Shown here in pieces: positions 1 to 11,900 of a stretch of DNA of 64,000 nucleotides. The notes under the pieces are model-generated. The model was not told the origin of the DNA and ran no database searches. It saw nothing but the letters and a program-made list of their open reading frames with translations. This DNA is from Tetramitus jugosus. Its lineage: Eukaryota; Protista; Heterolobosea. Position 1 is the stretch's first letter. Each line of letters begins with the position of its first letter. The stretch covers positions 310,001-374,000 of the forward strand of contig OW569363.1 of the NCBI GenBank assembly GCA_937625935.1. The letters are read 5' to 3'. A program made the translations under genes and the position numbers.

Positions 1-286
1 CAAAGTTGGATATCATGTGGGATACACATGTGAAGAATATGAAAGATGGTCCATAGAGAATGGAACTGCTGATGATACGTTTGACAATTTCGTTCAATCC
101 AAAAAATTGCAACGATGTAGCAAATGTGAAAGATGGGTTGAGAAGAATACTGGCTGTAACCACATGACCTGTATTTGTTCTCATGAATTCTGTTATGTAT
201 GTGGTGCGGATTATCCGTGTCAAACCGAGCATCCATACAGGGAGGATGAGGATGACGACGAGTCTGATTATGACGATGATTATTAA
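1..286 (+). CDS. RBR (RING-IBR-RING) E3 ligase, C-terminal part (5' truncated by the window)
   Basis: CSKCERWVEKNTGCNHMTCICSHEFCYVC matches the RING2/Rcat motif of RBR ligases; acidic tail; stop at 284-286. Confidence 0.85.
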   Translation, partial: KVGYHVGYTCEEYERWSIENGTADDTFDNFVQSKKLQRCSKCERWVEKNTGCNHMTCICSHEFCYVCGADYPCQTEHPYREDEDDDESDYDDDY

Positions 287-310
287 GGTTGCTGCTTAGG
301 AATAAATCTT

Positions 311-1915
311 TTATTCAGATGGCTTCAAAGTTTTGGTAAGTGCTTCTAAGTCAAATCCGAGCAAATCGGCGACCTTTGCGCCAACATCAATGTTCTCCTG
401 ATTGCCCTTGAATAGTTTTTCTGCATCGCCATAAGCATACAGGTTTATATCAATACCAGTATGGCCGAGTGTACTGAAACCTATATGAGCCCGACGATTG
501 ATGACTTCATCCACACCTAGCATCACGTTATAACTGGTATCCGTCGTTCTATTCGTATTAAAAATTAAGAATTGCTCCTGTTCTGTCAAATCTGAAATAC
601 CAAAACGTTTCATGACGGACACAGCATTTTCATTTCCAGCCTTTTGAATCTCTGAAGCAATTTTCTCCGTAGATCCCTTGATGCCTGAAACAAATTCGTC
701 ATTATACAAGTAAGGACAACTTCTGTCTACACATCTACCCAATGTGACACCTCCTGTCTCATGATCTGCCGTAGAAATGATCAAAGTATTACCATCCTTC
801 TTGGCAAATTCAAGAGCGACCCTCACAGCATCATTGTATGCCTGAACCTCTCTCAATTGAGCAGCAATGTCGTTACTGTGACCTGCATGATCAATTCTAC
901 TACCTTCGACCATTAGAAAGAATCCCCGATCATCTTTTGTGTTCTCCTTGAGCAATTGAAGTGCCTTGCTAGTCATCTCAGCCAAAGTAGGCTCTGGATC
1001 AGCTTCCATACGATCAATGTTAAATTTCATTTCAACATTGGAAAACAAGCCTAACACTGGAAGTTTGGTCAATTTGTCCATCTGATCTCTTGCTTCAGCG
1101 ATATGATAACCATAATCCCTCTGTGCCATTCCATACACGTCCCTCGCATCATCTCTACAACTTTCTCCATTGGTCTTTGGTAAGAAGAAGCATCTTCCAC
1201 CACCAAACATGACATCTACTCCCCACTTGTCCTTCTTGTTCAATTTTGCCATATCAACAATCTGTTGATAGGCAATCTTATTTTCATGGGATCGCTGGAG
1301 TGCATGAGCACTGAATGCAGCAGGAGTGGCATCTGTAATATTTGTCGTAACAACAATACCTGTGCGCATACCACGAGAGATGGCAGCCTCCATCAACGTG
1401 GCACAAGGCTTGCCATTTGGATCGACACCAATAGCTCCATTATAGGTCTTGAGAGCACAGCTGTATGCTGTTGCACCGGCTGCAGAGTCAGTGACATGGC
1501 TATTCGAGGAGTACGTTCTTACTGTTCCTACGAGCAAGCTGTCCAAGATCAGACTGTGATCACCATCCTTGCTGCCTGGAGATGATGACAGAGTAGCGAT
1601 CCGAGCAAATGTTTGACTGGCTGGACCAAAGCCATCTCCAATCATGAATATTATATTGGTTGGCTTGTCCTTCGGATCCTTGTCCGAAAATGGCCAATAT
1701 TCACTGCTCCAGAGCACAAAGCCAACCATGCACAGTGTCACTGCAAACAATAGGAACAACAGACAGCCAATAATCATCTTGTGATGATTGGACAGGAACT
1801 GTAGCACGGGAGAAGAGTTCTTGCTTGTGATGTGGTGGTGGTTGTGGTTAGGAGTCAGATTCAGCATACCAATGTGCTGCTCTGCTTCTTCATCGACTGG
1901 TGGTACTTCACTCAT
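311..1915 (-). CDS. Alkaline phosphatase, membrane-anchored (Pho8-like)
   Basis: NIIFMIGDGFG, VTDSAAGATA (active-site Ser), FFLMVEGSRIDHAGH and TADHETGG motifs; single N-terminal TM helix. Confidence 0.95.
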   Translation of the reverse strand: MSEVPPVDEEAEQHIGMLNLTPNHNHHHITSKNSSPVLQFLSNHHKMIIGCLLFLLFAVTLCMVGFVLWSSEYWPFSDKDPKDKPTNIIFMIGDGFGPASQTFARIATLSSSPGSKDGDHSLILDSLLVGTVRTYSSNSHVTDSAAGATAYSCALKTYNGAIGVDPNGKPCATLMEAAISRGMRTGIVVTTNITDATPAAFSAHALQRSHENKIAYQQIVDMAKLNKKDKWGVDVMFGGGRCFFLPKTNGESCRDDARDVYGMAQRDYGYHIAEARDQMDKLTKLPVLGLFSNVEMKFNIDRMEADPEPTLAEMTSKALQLLKENTKDDRGFFLMVEGSRIDHAGHSNDIAAQLREVQAYNDAVRVALEFAKKDGNTLIISTADHETGGVTLGRCVDRSCPYLYNDEFVSGIKGSTEKIASEIQKAGNENAVSVMKRFGISDLTEQEQFLIFNTNRTTDTSYNVMLGVDEVINRRAHIGFSTLGHTGIDINLYAYGDAEKLFKGNQENIDVGAKVADLLGFDLEALTKTLKPSE

Positions 1916-2247
1916 TTGTTTTGATGATTCAATCTATTGGTGATGGGCCTTTTTGATGATTGTTCGTTGTTGAATGTCTTGGGTTTCTGTTCTCTCTCTG
2001 GAATAGCACGTGTTATCCTTTGTCTGTCTGCTGTGCCCACGTGTAACAAAAAGCAGCGACCAGTCGGGCTGTCCAATTCATTTTGGATGGGCCCTAAATT
2101 TACAGCGAGCTGAAATTTCGCGCTTTTTTGATGGGCTGATGTTCAACGTGAACGTGCATGTTCAATCATAAGAATGGCTCCGACATATTTTTTGCACACA
2201 GACAAAAAACAAATTATCAACACACCGATTGAGAGACGCACACACAC

Positions 2248-3591
2248 ATGGGAAGATATACGGACAAGGACGCTTCATCAACCACAGCAGCAACAAATGC
2301 TGGATCCAACAACACTGCTGACAAACAACCAAAAAAGAAAAAGCAAGGAGTACCAAAAGAAAAGATTGACTCTGTTGCGTCCGTCATTGCTCAAAATCCA
2401 GACTTGCCCAATTGGCTCAAAGTCAACACACCCAATCTCCATGACAACAATAGCGATAACAACAATGATACCACTACTGGCAAGAAGGACAAGCGAAAAA
2501 AACAAAAAAAAGCGACTCATCAAGTCAATCATTCGTTTCAACCGTCGGACAATCCACAGGGACTGGCAGAGAGCTCCAGTTTCACCATTCTTTTCCCTCA
2601 ATACAGAGAGCCTTACTTGAAACAAGTTTGGCCACTCGTGGAAGCTGCACTCGGTCAATCACCCTTTTTCATTGATGCCAATCTTGATTTGAAGAGTGGA
2701 AAAATGATTGTCAGCACCAATGAAAAGACGTTTGATCCATTTATTATCGTAAAGGCAAGAGACGTGTGCTCTCTCATGAGCAGAGGTATCACATTTGAAC
2801 AGGCCAAGCGTGTGCTCGATGATGGAGTATTCTCCGATGTGATCAAAATTGGAAATTTTGTAAAGGATGTGGAACGGTTCAAGAGAAGAAGACAGAGGAT
2901 TCTGGGACCGGATGGCGCGACTCTCAAGGCACTAGAACTATTGACCAACACTTATATTTTCATTCAGGGAAAAACAGTGTCTGTCATTGGTGATGTCAAG
3001 GGCATTAAAACAGTGAGATCAGTGATTGAAGACTGCATGCACAATATCCATCCAGTGTATCACATCAAGGAACTGATGATTCGGAGAGAGTTGGAGAAGA
3101 AGCCTGAGCTCTCCAGTGAAGACTGGAGCAAATATTTGCCACAGTTTAAGAAGAATGTGAAACCAAAGCGCAAACAAAAGAAGCCAAAGGTTGAAAAGAA
3201 GGAAAAGAAACCATATACACCATTCCCTAATCCTATTGAGAAGAGCAAGGTGGATATTATGCTTGAGTCTGGTGAATACTTTTTGAATGAGGCTCAGAAG
3301 AAGGACAAACGAATGAAGGAAGTTAAGGAGAAGCAAAAGGAGAAGGTGCAAGAGAGAGAAAAGGAACGATCTCAAAAGTTTATTGCTCCAGAGGACAGAG
3401 AGTCAAACAACAAGGATAGTGCATCATCGTCTGCTCAGAAGCAACAACCAAGTGCCGTGAGTGAAATGGCACAAAAGTTTGCTGAAAAGCATGACAATCT
3501 GCAAAAGAAGAGAAAGGCTGAAGAGATTGCACAAGGAAAAGGATTCAGTGCCAATGACTTTGTCCAACAAAAGAAGAAGAGGAAGAATTGA
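2248..3591 (+). CDS. KRR1: KRR1 small-subunit processome KH-domain protein
   Basis: ESSSFTILFPQYREPYL, DPFIIVKARD, RRQRILGPDGATLKALELLT, NIHPVYHIKELMI, KKPYTPFP. Confidence 0.95.
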   Translation: MGRYTDKDASSTTAATNAGSNNTADKQPKKKKQGVPKEKIDSVASVIAQNPDLPNWLKVNTPNLHDNNSDNNNDTTTGKKDKRKKQKKATHQVNHSFQPSDNPQGLAESSSFTILFPQYREPYLKQVWPLVEAALGQSPFFIDANLDLKSGKMIVSTNEKTFDPFIIVKARDVCSLMSRGITFEQAKRVLDDGVFSDVIKIGNFVKDVERFKRRRQRILGPDGATLKALELLTNTYIFIQGKTVSVIGDVKGIKTVRSVIEDCMHNIHPVYHIKELMIRRELEKKPELSSEDWSKYLPQFKKNVKPKRKQKKPKVEKKEKKPYTPFPNPIEKSKVDIMLESGEYFLNEAQKKDKRMKEVKEKQKEKVQEREKERSQKFIAPEDRESNNKDSASSSAQKQQPSAVSEMAQKFAEKHDNLQKKRKAEEIAQGKGFSANDFVQQKKKRKN

Positions 3592-3729
3592 GTTGCCACA
3601 CCAATAAAGCAAAACAACAAATTTTTTCCTTGAACCTATGAATAGAACAATCAAGTGAGAACTTCATCCTCGAAAACACAACAACACACAACATAGACAC
3701 CACATCTGACTATCCTGTACTGGTACTCA

Positions 3730-5298
3730 ATGACTTTTTTCAAGAGCAAACGCAAATCATCATCATCCAACAAAAAGAAGAAGAGAGAGTGCATCGAGGA
3801 TGATATTCTGTCATCATCCACTTCATCAGATCAAGAACAATCACCGCAACAACAACAACAACAACAATTGTCATCTCAAATGACTCAACTATCACTGACT
3901 GATGATGATGCTGATGACAATAGTCGTAACAACAACAACAACAACAGTAGTAGTAGTAGTAGTATCAATAATAATAGTGAACCATTGTTTGAATTGTTGA
4001 ATCACAGTGATATTATGATTCAACATGTTCTCACGTGTCTCAATGCTCATGATTTGAGTCAATGTGCCTTCTCATGCAAAGGATTCTATCGGTTAATTCT
4101 AGGCAGTAGTAGTACTGGTAGTAGTAAGAGTAGTAGCAGCACAGATGATGATGATGAGCATGCTGAGAATGACAGTGATGAATCATCCAGTTCTTCCTAT
4201 TTATTTAAACAATTGTTAATCAATGAATTATTGAGAGCAGAGTTGTGTGTCATGTATGCATGTGATTCTGCTGCTGCATCAACCTCAACAACAGCTACAG
4301 CTACAACAAAAACATCAAGTCATGAAACGAACAATGATGACGTTAGTAACACTGGAGACAATAGTGAAGAAAACAATACGGGTTCTTCCTCCTCTGACGA
4401 TCAAAGTGATGATTCTACTACTGCCAAGAATCATCACCGTTCTATCAGTTCTACTACTCACAACACATCGTCATCAAATCATCCGATGATGATTGTTGTG
4501 AGCAAGGAGACACGAGATGCCATCAGAAGAAGGATTGAACAACAATTGATGGATGAATATGTACATACAGATAAGCAGAACAATGTTAGCAACAACAATA
4601 ATAATCATAATAATAGCAGTGGTGGTGGTCATAATCATGATGAAAATGATTTCGAGAATAATAATAGAAAGAGTCAAAATGTCATCAAGTGGTTGCAAGT
4701 GTACAAGGACATTGTACAAATCAAATTCGATGCTCCTTACTCTTTGAACGATTCCGCGTTCTGTCTCAGCTTCGATGACAATGATCGAGTCATGCGGACC
4801 GACTATGGTGAGCATGTGTGGGAGAGCGCATGCTCAACGCAACCAATGACACCAGGTCACATTTATCGATGGAGATTTGTAGTGGAAAAGTACGGTTCAA
4901 CAGGAAATGCGTATGAACTCGTTGTTGGTGCCAGTATTCAAGACAAATCTGTCACAGGATTTAACTCGGATCACGACATTGTACAACTAAGAAACAAGAA
5001 TGCTGGCATTGGATTGAACTTGGGTCTTTGGCAGTGGAGAATTGGTCAGAATCACTATCCTATTGACAATCCACAAGTAATGCATCCGACGTTCACCGAG
5101 CTTCCTTTTACTATTGGATGTGTGTTTGATTATCGAGCTGAAAGACCCATTTTCCATGTATATTACAACAACACAAAGATAGCGGAGAGGGCAGTGTCTA
5201 GTGAATTTTTCGATGCTGTATCCATTCCCAAAGTGTATTATGCTACTGCTTCGCTCTGTCGCGACAAGATTGTTCGTATCACCCCATGGATCAATTGA
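3730..5298 (+). CDS. F-box-like protein with a C-terminal SPRY/B30.2-like domain
   Basis: DIMIQHVLTCLNAHDLSQCAFSCKGFY is F-box-like; GHIYRWRFVV...LVVGA...TIGCVFD...YYN...YYATASL is a SPRY-like pattern; low-complexity S/N tracts. Confidence 0.6.
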   Translation: MTFFKSKRKSSSSNKKKKRECIEDDILSSSTSSDQEQSPQQQQQQQLSSQMTQLSLTDDDADDNSRNNNNNNSSSSSSINNNSEPLFELLNHSDIMIQHVLTCLNAHDLSQCAFSCKGFYRLILGSSSTGSSKSSSSTDDDDEHAENDSDESSSSSYLFKQLLINELLRAELCVMYACDSAAASTSTTATATTKTSSHETNNDDVSNTGDNSEENNTGSSSSDDQSDDSTTAKNHHRSISSTTHNTSSSNHPMMIVVSKETRDAIRRRIEQQLMDEYVHTDKQNNVSNNNNNHNNSSGGGHNHDENDFENNNRKSQNVIKWLQVYKDIVQIKFDAPYSLNDSAFCLSFDDNDRVMRTDYGEHVWESACSTQPMTPGHIYRWRFVVEKYGSTGNAYELVVGASIQDKSVTGFNSDHDIVQLRNKNAGIGLNLGLWQWRIGQNHYPIDNPQVMHPTFTELPFTIGCVFDYRAERPIFHVYYNNTKIAERAVSSEFFDAVSIPKVYYATASLCRDKIVRITPWIN

Positions 5299-5332
5299 AA
5301 TGAAGAGTAATTAATAATTGAAGGATGTGTCT

Positions 5333-8300
5333 TTATAAAGAATCAATCATATCTTTCAATGCGATGCATATGAATTTAAAGTCAAGTCGCAATGCGGCGT
5401 CATGTTGCCAGCATTTATGCATTAAGGTCTGCAAGCGTTTCGTGAGCGTATTGTGACTACTTTCTGAAGAGTTGTCAATAACTGTCAGCGCTGGTCGCAC
5501 GCCAGTATCTTGAATCTGACGCAATAATTCCTTTCGGTTTCTGTAGTAAATCTCCTCGGAGGCATACGGCCGTTTGTTGTTCCACAACTCCCACAATAAA
5601 ATCGAGAATGCAAAGACGTCACTCTTTTGTGTGCCACCAGTTTTTCCCTTGCTCTTCAAGAGTTCCGGTGATTGGTAAGCGGGATGCCGGAAATCGGCAA
5701 CATAACCCTTTTGTATCCACTTTGACAAACCATAGTTTGTCACTTTGGCCTTTAGAGTGCCATTATCTTCTCTCAGTACCTGAACAGCATCACTGGACAG
5801 ATTCAAATGGAATGAATTAATCGAGTGAATATGTTGAATACCAAGAGCCACATCATAAGCAATCTGCATCCTCTCCTTGATGGTGAGTTGCTTTGGACTT
5901 AAATAAAGCATGTATGACAGTGGTACTCCATATTGTTCAGACACGACACATATGTTCTCTGGTGGAGAGAGTGAGTCGGGACAGAACAAGCCATAATAGC
6001 GTGCACAGTTAGGATGTTCAATTTTCGTGAGTGAATTAATGTCGAGCAGAATGGTTTTCATTGTGTCAACCCTTTGTGCCTGCTCGAGTGCCCAAAGAAA
6101 GACACGAATCTCTGTCGGTGTTCGCTCTTGTCCCTTCAAGATTGAATGGAAAGTGAATGGGTGACTATGCGTTGTCACAGAGTTCATAATACGGCGATTG
6201 ATTTGAATTTTTGATTGATCTAGTATCACCTTACTCGTCGTGTTCTTTGTTGGAGGAACTTCGATTTGTTCTTTTGGATTCATTGTCGCTGAGCTGATTC
6301 GCTTATCTGTCATAATTGGATTATTCGCAAAGTTTATCATTCTCAAGCAATCTTCAGGCAAGGCCAATATAATGTCGGCAACTGTTGTATTGATGCTGCT
6401 ATTTGATAGATTTACTCGCAGTTTTCGATTTGAGTTTAACACTTCAATCATTAAGGTGGCCACATCATTTGTGGCTCCACAATTAGACATGTTCAAATAT
6501 CGAAGCTTTTTAAACCATTTCGAAACTTCGACAATTCTCTTACAGCCCTGATCTCTCATCAAGGGATTATTCGATAGATCCAACTGTTCTAACACGAGGT
6601 TCGGCACACCATTGAATAAACCCTTCAAGTGATTGCATCCAATCTCTGATATTTCATTGTTCACAAGCCATAGTTCGCGCAATTGGAAAATGCATTGCAA
6701 CCGGAGACAATTACACAAAATTTCAACTCCCAAATCTCCAATCCATGCATCCTCTAAATTCAAGACAGAAATCATTCCATATGTCCACTTGATTGGTTCA
6801 AATATCGTTTGTATTTGTAATGATCTCGATTTTTGTTTCGTGGCTTGAAACAATGAAAAATTCGCCAAATCCAACTGTAGATTCACATTGGTGTTCAAGA
6901 GTTGGAACTGATTCACGACGGAAGGGCTCGGCATATCCTTCAAAAATACACATTGCTTGGTGTACGTTGTCAACACATCCACCACAGATCCAAACTCGGA
7001 AATTTCTATCATTATCATCATCGTCATATGAACAGATAACATAGAAAGAACAAGAGACACAGAGAAATAGAATGAGAATCAACACACAACAAAATATTCG
7101 AGTCAGCCCCTCATTTCACTCTTGCCACACATGGATTTCCACGCTAAACAAACAGAATCACAACAGAATAACAAGAAAAAAACACAGTCTACGAACCAAT
7201 CATTGCAACCTTGGCTTCAAACACCAAACTAACAATCAAATCCATAAACGAAATATCACTGCTCACTATACTACATGTCCACAGTATTCTCTGCTCCATA
7301 TCAGAATCATTGTCCAAAATCAGAATGGTTTTACTATTTACACAATAGTGCATCTTTTTTGTCGTTGATAATTCAATGCCCATAAAGTTGCTGCTGCTGT
7401 TACTATTGTCCTGCTGCTTGCTATTCTTCGATTTTGAATTGTTATTGTTGCTGCTATTATTGTTGCTACTGTTGCGAATCACAAGATTGGATCTTCTTCT
7501 CGAATAGACAATGGTCACCGGTATGGTTTGACTATTGTCGTTTCGGAGCAAGGCAGAAAAATTCCATTCATCACGCATGAGTGAACTCTGCTGTTGTTGC
7601 GTTGTTGAGTAGGTATTGTTGTTGTTGTTATTCGGCTTCATAATTGTCTTATCATCTGACAATTGTTTGGCAATCATTAGTAAAATTCGCTTGTCCAAAT
7701 CAGTGTCCACCTTGGCTGAACATTCACAGAATAGCATATTGTTCTCTCGTGCAAACTCTTGTCCTTCCTCTGTCGACACCATTCGACCCGAAGATTGATC
7801 AACTGGATTCATGTGTTACATACATGGATGAATTTTCAATGCAAGACATGATGAATGTTAGACATTGAAACAACTATAACAACAATAGAATAAATAACAA
7901 CAACAACAACAACATACTCATATTTCCTACAATTAAAAAGATTTTCCTGTCATTGTTGGACCTATCGTTACAAAATTCCATTGCTGTTTGATACCACTGT
8001 GAAATGTTCAAAAAGGTGGATCTTCTGGTCACATCGTACACAAATATGACAACATGTGCATCCTTGGCATTCATTGTTGAAATGTTGATGAAATGTCTCT
8101 GACCAGAGAAATCCTATTTTGTCATCATCATCGTCATCATCATTGGTTGGTTTAACACAGCAAAAAAAAAATAAATATGAACATTAATTTCTTCTCATGA
8201 GAAGCGAATGCACGCACAACAACATGTACAATTGCACACACACAAAAACAAAGTACGTTTCCACACTTCACACACATACCGTAATCCTAAAATAAAATGG

Positions 8301-8705
8301 CTTCTGAAAGAATTCCACTTCACATGAAAAGACATTCTTTCCAATCGTTTTCTTCTCCAATTTCTGATACGGTTTTCCAACCAATCTCCTGTTGAACGAA
8401 GTTTTTCCCACTTTACTCTCACCAAATATCACAATTTTGTATGGTGCATTGAGTGATGATTGATGAAGGGTGGTTGATGACGGAGTTATATTATTTTCTC
8501 CGCCAATACTGCTTGACGCGTTGGCAGCACCTCCAACAACAAAGTTCATGCTTGTGCTGCGAGACATGGGTGATGTAGATTCAGGTGTGGCCATTCTCTG
8601 TTGTTGTTGTTGTTGTTGACGTTGTTGATTTGTGGGAGAGAGTGAAGAAGCATCTTCCATTGCACCCATGGAGAAGAGTTCATCCCTGCTGGCTGATGTT
8701 CCCAT
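5333..8705 (-). CDS. Spliced Rab-like GTPase + LRR + TKL-type (pseudo)kinase fusion; exons 8705-8280, 8113-7918, 7802-7197, 7005-5333
   Basis: Three phase-compatible GT-AG introns join four ORF pieces and rebuild G1 GESKVGKTS, G3 DFSGQ, G4 GNMID and G5 ECSAK; these are followed by RI-like LRRs and a kinase fold (YQSPE, KSDVFAFSILLWE, CW). Confidence 0.75.
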
Positions 8706-9237
8706 ATGTGTACTTATTATTATGAATCAGTTTGTTTGAAAGGTGCGTTGTTGTTGTTGTTTTTGTTGTTGTTGGTGATTTTTGGTGGTGTCGGGCCTGC
8801 TCTTGCTCTCTGGCTTTTGGTCAAAACACGAAATGGTCCTGCTTTTTTTTACTTGTTTTCAAGCAGCGAACAACTGAGGGATGTTGATTGTGTGTTTGAA
8901 TCACAGCCAACAACTCTGTGCCATAGGTATGCTGTGTGAGGATAATTCCCCTAGGTGCTTGTGAGGAAAAATGAACTGATTTGAAAGATGACACGCTCAG
9001 TGGCACCCTATCAGTTACTCACGCCACTGCCCCGGTGTATTGATACTCTCCACATTTTGATCAGTTCAGATATCTTTCGTCGTTCAATATCGGAGAGATG
9101 ATTCTTAAGCTCACTATTTATGGAATACTTTGGATAACAAAAATACGCTCGTCCCAACCAATACAACTGATCATTCTCGCATATGAGAAACAAACTTCTA
9201 GTATCAAAGAATCAAAACAATAGTAATCATAAGTGAA

Positions 9238-9681
9238 ATGATATCAAGAAATTTGCTAAAGGGTTCCAACATCAGAAAAGGCACAAACCATGAGTTGCTT
9301 GTTCGTTCCTTCTCTACGTCCTCTGTTTTCAGGCAAGAAGATAAGAAACCAATTGCGAATGAATTGAGAGAAGAAGGAAAGAGGGACGAAACAGCCAAGA
9401 AAGAAGGAGTTTGGGCTAAAGCGCAACAAAAGTTACAAGGATTATTCTCCTCGTCCAAAGAAGATCTGCACAGCCCTGATGTTGTGGAGCAAAGTCGAAC
9501 GAGCGGTCTCATTGGAAAGAATAAGGAGATGTGGGCAGCTGAGAAGGAAGTTTTAAGGGCTGTGAGAGACCATGATACCAAAGCTTCTTCCTTTGCCTTC
9601 TCTGACAAGGATGAGAAGGAATACAATGAAGAATTGAAGGATTATGACAGAGAGGGAGTTGGAAGATACTCAAAAATGTGA
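9238..9681 (+). CDS. Hypothetical protein with a mitochondrial-presequence-like N-terminus
   Basis: 147 aa ORF; Arg/Ser-rich start (RSFSTSSVFR); no recognised domain. Confidence 0.55.
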   Translation: MISRNLLKGSNIRKGTNHELLVRSFSTSSVFRQEDKKPIANELREEGKRDETAKKEGVWAKAQQKLQGLFSSSKEDLHSPDVVEQSRTSGLIGKNKEMWAAEKEVLRAVRDHDTKASSFAFSDKDEKEYNEELKDYDREGVGRYSKM

Positions 9682-9857
9682 TCTGCAGGAACAACTCTAC
9701 CTCAAACACGTCTCGTTTGCCAATGTTCAGGAGAAATACAGCCGTATTCCGGAAGATCAAAATTAAAATTTCGAAGAAATAAAAAAAAATCAACAACAAG
9801 ATCCATAGTTTTTCCCATTTGGCTTAGTTGTTTGACACACAAACACAAATTGGAGTC

Positions 9858-11900
9858 ATGTGGAGATCATGTGTTGTCAAGAGCACACGAACCAAAAAGA
9901 AGCAGTTGACTACGAGTGCTGCTACTTTGCTGATTCGGCACAAGTCATCATTGTTGCAACAACATAGCACAATGCACATTCATCAATGTCATTATCACCA
10001 TCATCATCATTATCATCATCACTGTAATTCCTCTTGTCTCTCATCATCGTCGAGAGTGATATCACCAGTATTGGGAAGGAATCTCAACAGGTGCTATCAT
10101 CATCACCATAGTGGTGTACTCATGGTGAACAATGGTTCCACAGCAGGAAAATGGTCTCCTCCTGGCAGTCATAATAATAACGCCACCAATGAATACATCA
10201 GTGATGATGATCATGGTATTGTGAATGAAGCAACAATTGATCCTGAACAGATCAAAATGAAGAGATACCCGTTTTGGTTGGTTACTCTGGGTCAGTGCCT
10301 GTTGTTTGGAGGTGCTGTCGCAGGTATCTTGTACTTGAGAGAGCGATTGTCGTCGAATAACAACAGTAGTGGTGATGTAGCAAATGAGCATCCAATGCTG
10401 TCTCGATTGCTGGGTAATCGGAAGGGTGGAGAAGGTGATGAAGAACAGGAACATAATCACTTATTTATGGAGTTGGGCTACGATAGTGATGAAGCAATGG
10501 AGGAGTTGTTGTCTCTCTTGCACGAACAAGACTTGAAAACGAGTCATCAAGAAGAGAATGTACTCTCTACGATGGTTCGAATGATCAAAATTTCACTCCG
10601 AACTGCACAGTTATCTCTCATTTTCATGCCTTCCTTGTTTCTCTATGTTCTATGTCCGAAACGCTATTATGACTATTGGTGCCGATTTTTTGTTTCATCT
10701 CTAGAGTTTGCTGGTCCATGCTTTATCAAATTGGGGCAGTGGATGGCTACGAGACCAGATTTGTTCAGTGATGAACTATGCTCTCACTTGTCGAATTTAC
10801 ACTCTCAAGCACCCATGCATAGTTTTAGACACACCAAGAGAGTCATTGAATCATCATTCAATGTTTCAATGAATGAATTGTTTGACATGTTTGAGGAGCA
10901 TGCAATTGCATCAGGAGCTATTGCTCAAGTACACAGAGCAAAGTTAAAAGGTAGTAATGATTATGTTGCAGTGAAGGTTCGACATCCAGGTGTTTCTCAG
11001 ACAATTACACGAGATCTCTCTATTATTTATTATTTCTCGCGGTTTATAGATCGAATTGAGACATTTGCTTGGCTCAACTTGCGTGAGAACATTCTCAGCT
11101 TCTCCAGGAATATGAGAGCACAAACAGATTTGGACATTGAAGCCAAGTCATTGAAACAATTTGCGAACAATTTTAAATTCATTCCAATGATCATCTTCCC
11201 GACTCCTATCATGCACAATAGTTCAGTTTTGATTGAGTCATATGAGACTGGCGTTCCTGTTACAGAATACATCAATGGTGATTACAGTGACTCGTTACGA
11301 ACTCGAATTGCCACTCTTGGAACGAACATGTACTTGAAGATGATGTTTGTAGACAATCTAGTTCATAGTGATTTACATCCTGGTAATATCTTGGTGCGAT
11401 TGAATAGTCATAATGTTCCTTCTCTTGTTGTTCTCGATACAGGAATGATGACCAGTTTAGCACCGACTGATAGACAAAACTTTATTGATCTTTTCTCTGC
11501 CATTATTGCTGGCAAGAGTGAAGAGGCTGCAAAATTGATGATTGAGAGAGGAAGAAGTGGTGATATTCTGAACAAGGATCCTGAGCAGGTTCAAAAGTTC
11601 AAGAAAGAGATGGCAGATCTAATCGGTTATGTGATGGATCGTTCTCTGGCAGAATTAGAAGTGGGAAAGATCTTGCAGCAAGCTCTTGCAGTTGGTCGAA
11701 AGTATCAGGTTATTCTGGAGCCCAACTTCACTACATTGGTGATTGGCACAATTATTATTGAGGGATTGGGAAGAAGATTGAATCCGGACTTCAATTTTAT
11801 TGAATCAGCAAAACCCTTCCTTCGTAACGAAAGTTCAATCAAAGAAGCGTACATGACACGTTACCTGAAACGACTAAACAAAGGAAACCTCGTTGCATAA
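9858..11900 (+). CDS. ABC1/UbiB atypical kinase (ADCK2-like)
   Basis: GPCFIKLGQWMATRPDLF, IASGAIAQVHRA, VAVKVRHP, VHSDLHPGNI, LDTG; first ATG at 9858. Confidence 0.9.
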   Translation: MWRSCVVKSTRTKKKQLTTSAATLLIRHKSSLLQQHSTMHIHQCHYHHHHHYHHHCNSSCLSSSSRVISPVLGRNLNRCYHHHHSGVLMVNNGSTAGKWSPPGSHNNNATNEYISDDDHGIVNEATIDPEQIKMKRYPFWLVTLGQCLLFGGAVAGILYLRERLSSNNNSSGDVANEHPMLSRLLGNRKGGEGDEEQEHNHLFMELGYDSDEAMEELLSLLHEQDLKTSHQEENVLSTMVRMIKISLRTAQLSLIFMPSLFLYVLCPKRYYDYWCRFFVSSLEFAGPCFIKLGQWMATRPDLFSDELCSHLSNLHSQAPMHSFRHTKRVIESSFNVSMNELFDMFEEHAIASGAIAQVHRAKLKGSNDYVAVKVRHPGVSQTITRDLSIIYYFSRFIDRIETFAWLNLRENILSFSRNMRAQTDLDIEAKSLKQFANNFKFIPMIIFPTPIMHNSSVLIESYETGVPVTEYINGDYSDSLRTRIATLGTNMYLKMMFVDNLVHSDLHPGNILVRLNSHNVPSLVVLDTGMMTSLAPTDRQNFIDLFSAIIAGKSEEAAKLMIERGRSGDILNKDPEQVQKFKKEMADLIGYVMDRSLAELEVGKILQQALAVGRKYQVILEPNFTTLVIGTIIIEGLGRRLNPDFNFIESAKPFLRNESSIKEAYMTRYLKRLNKGNLVA

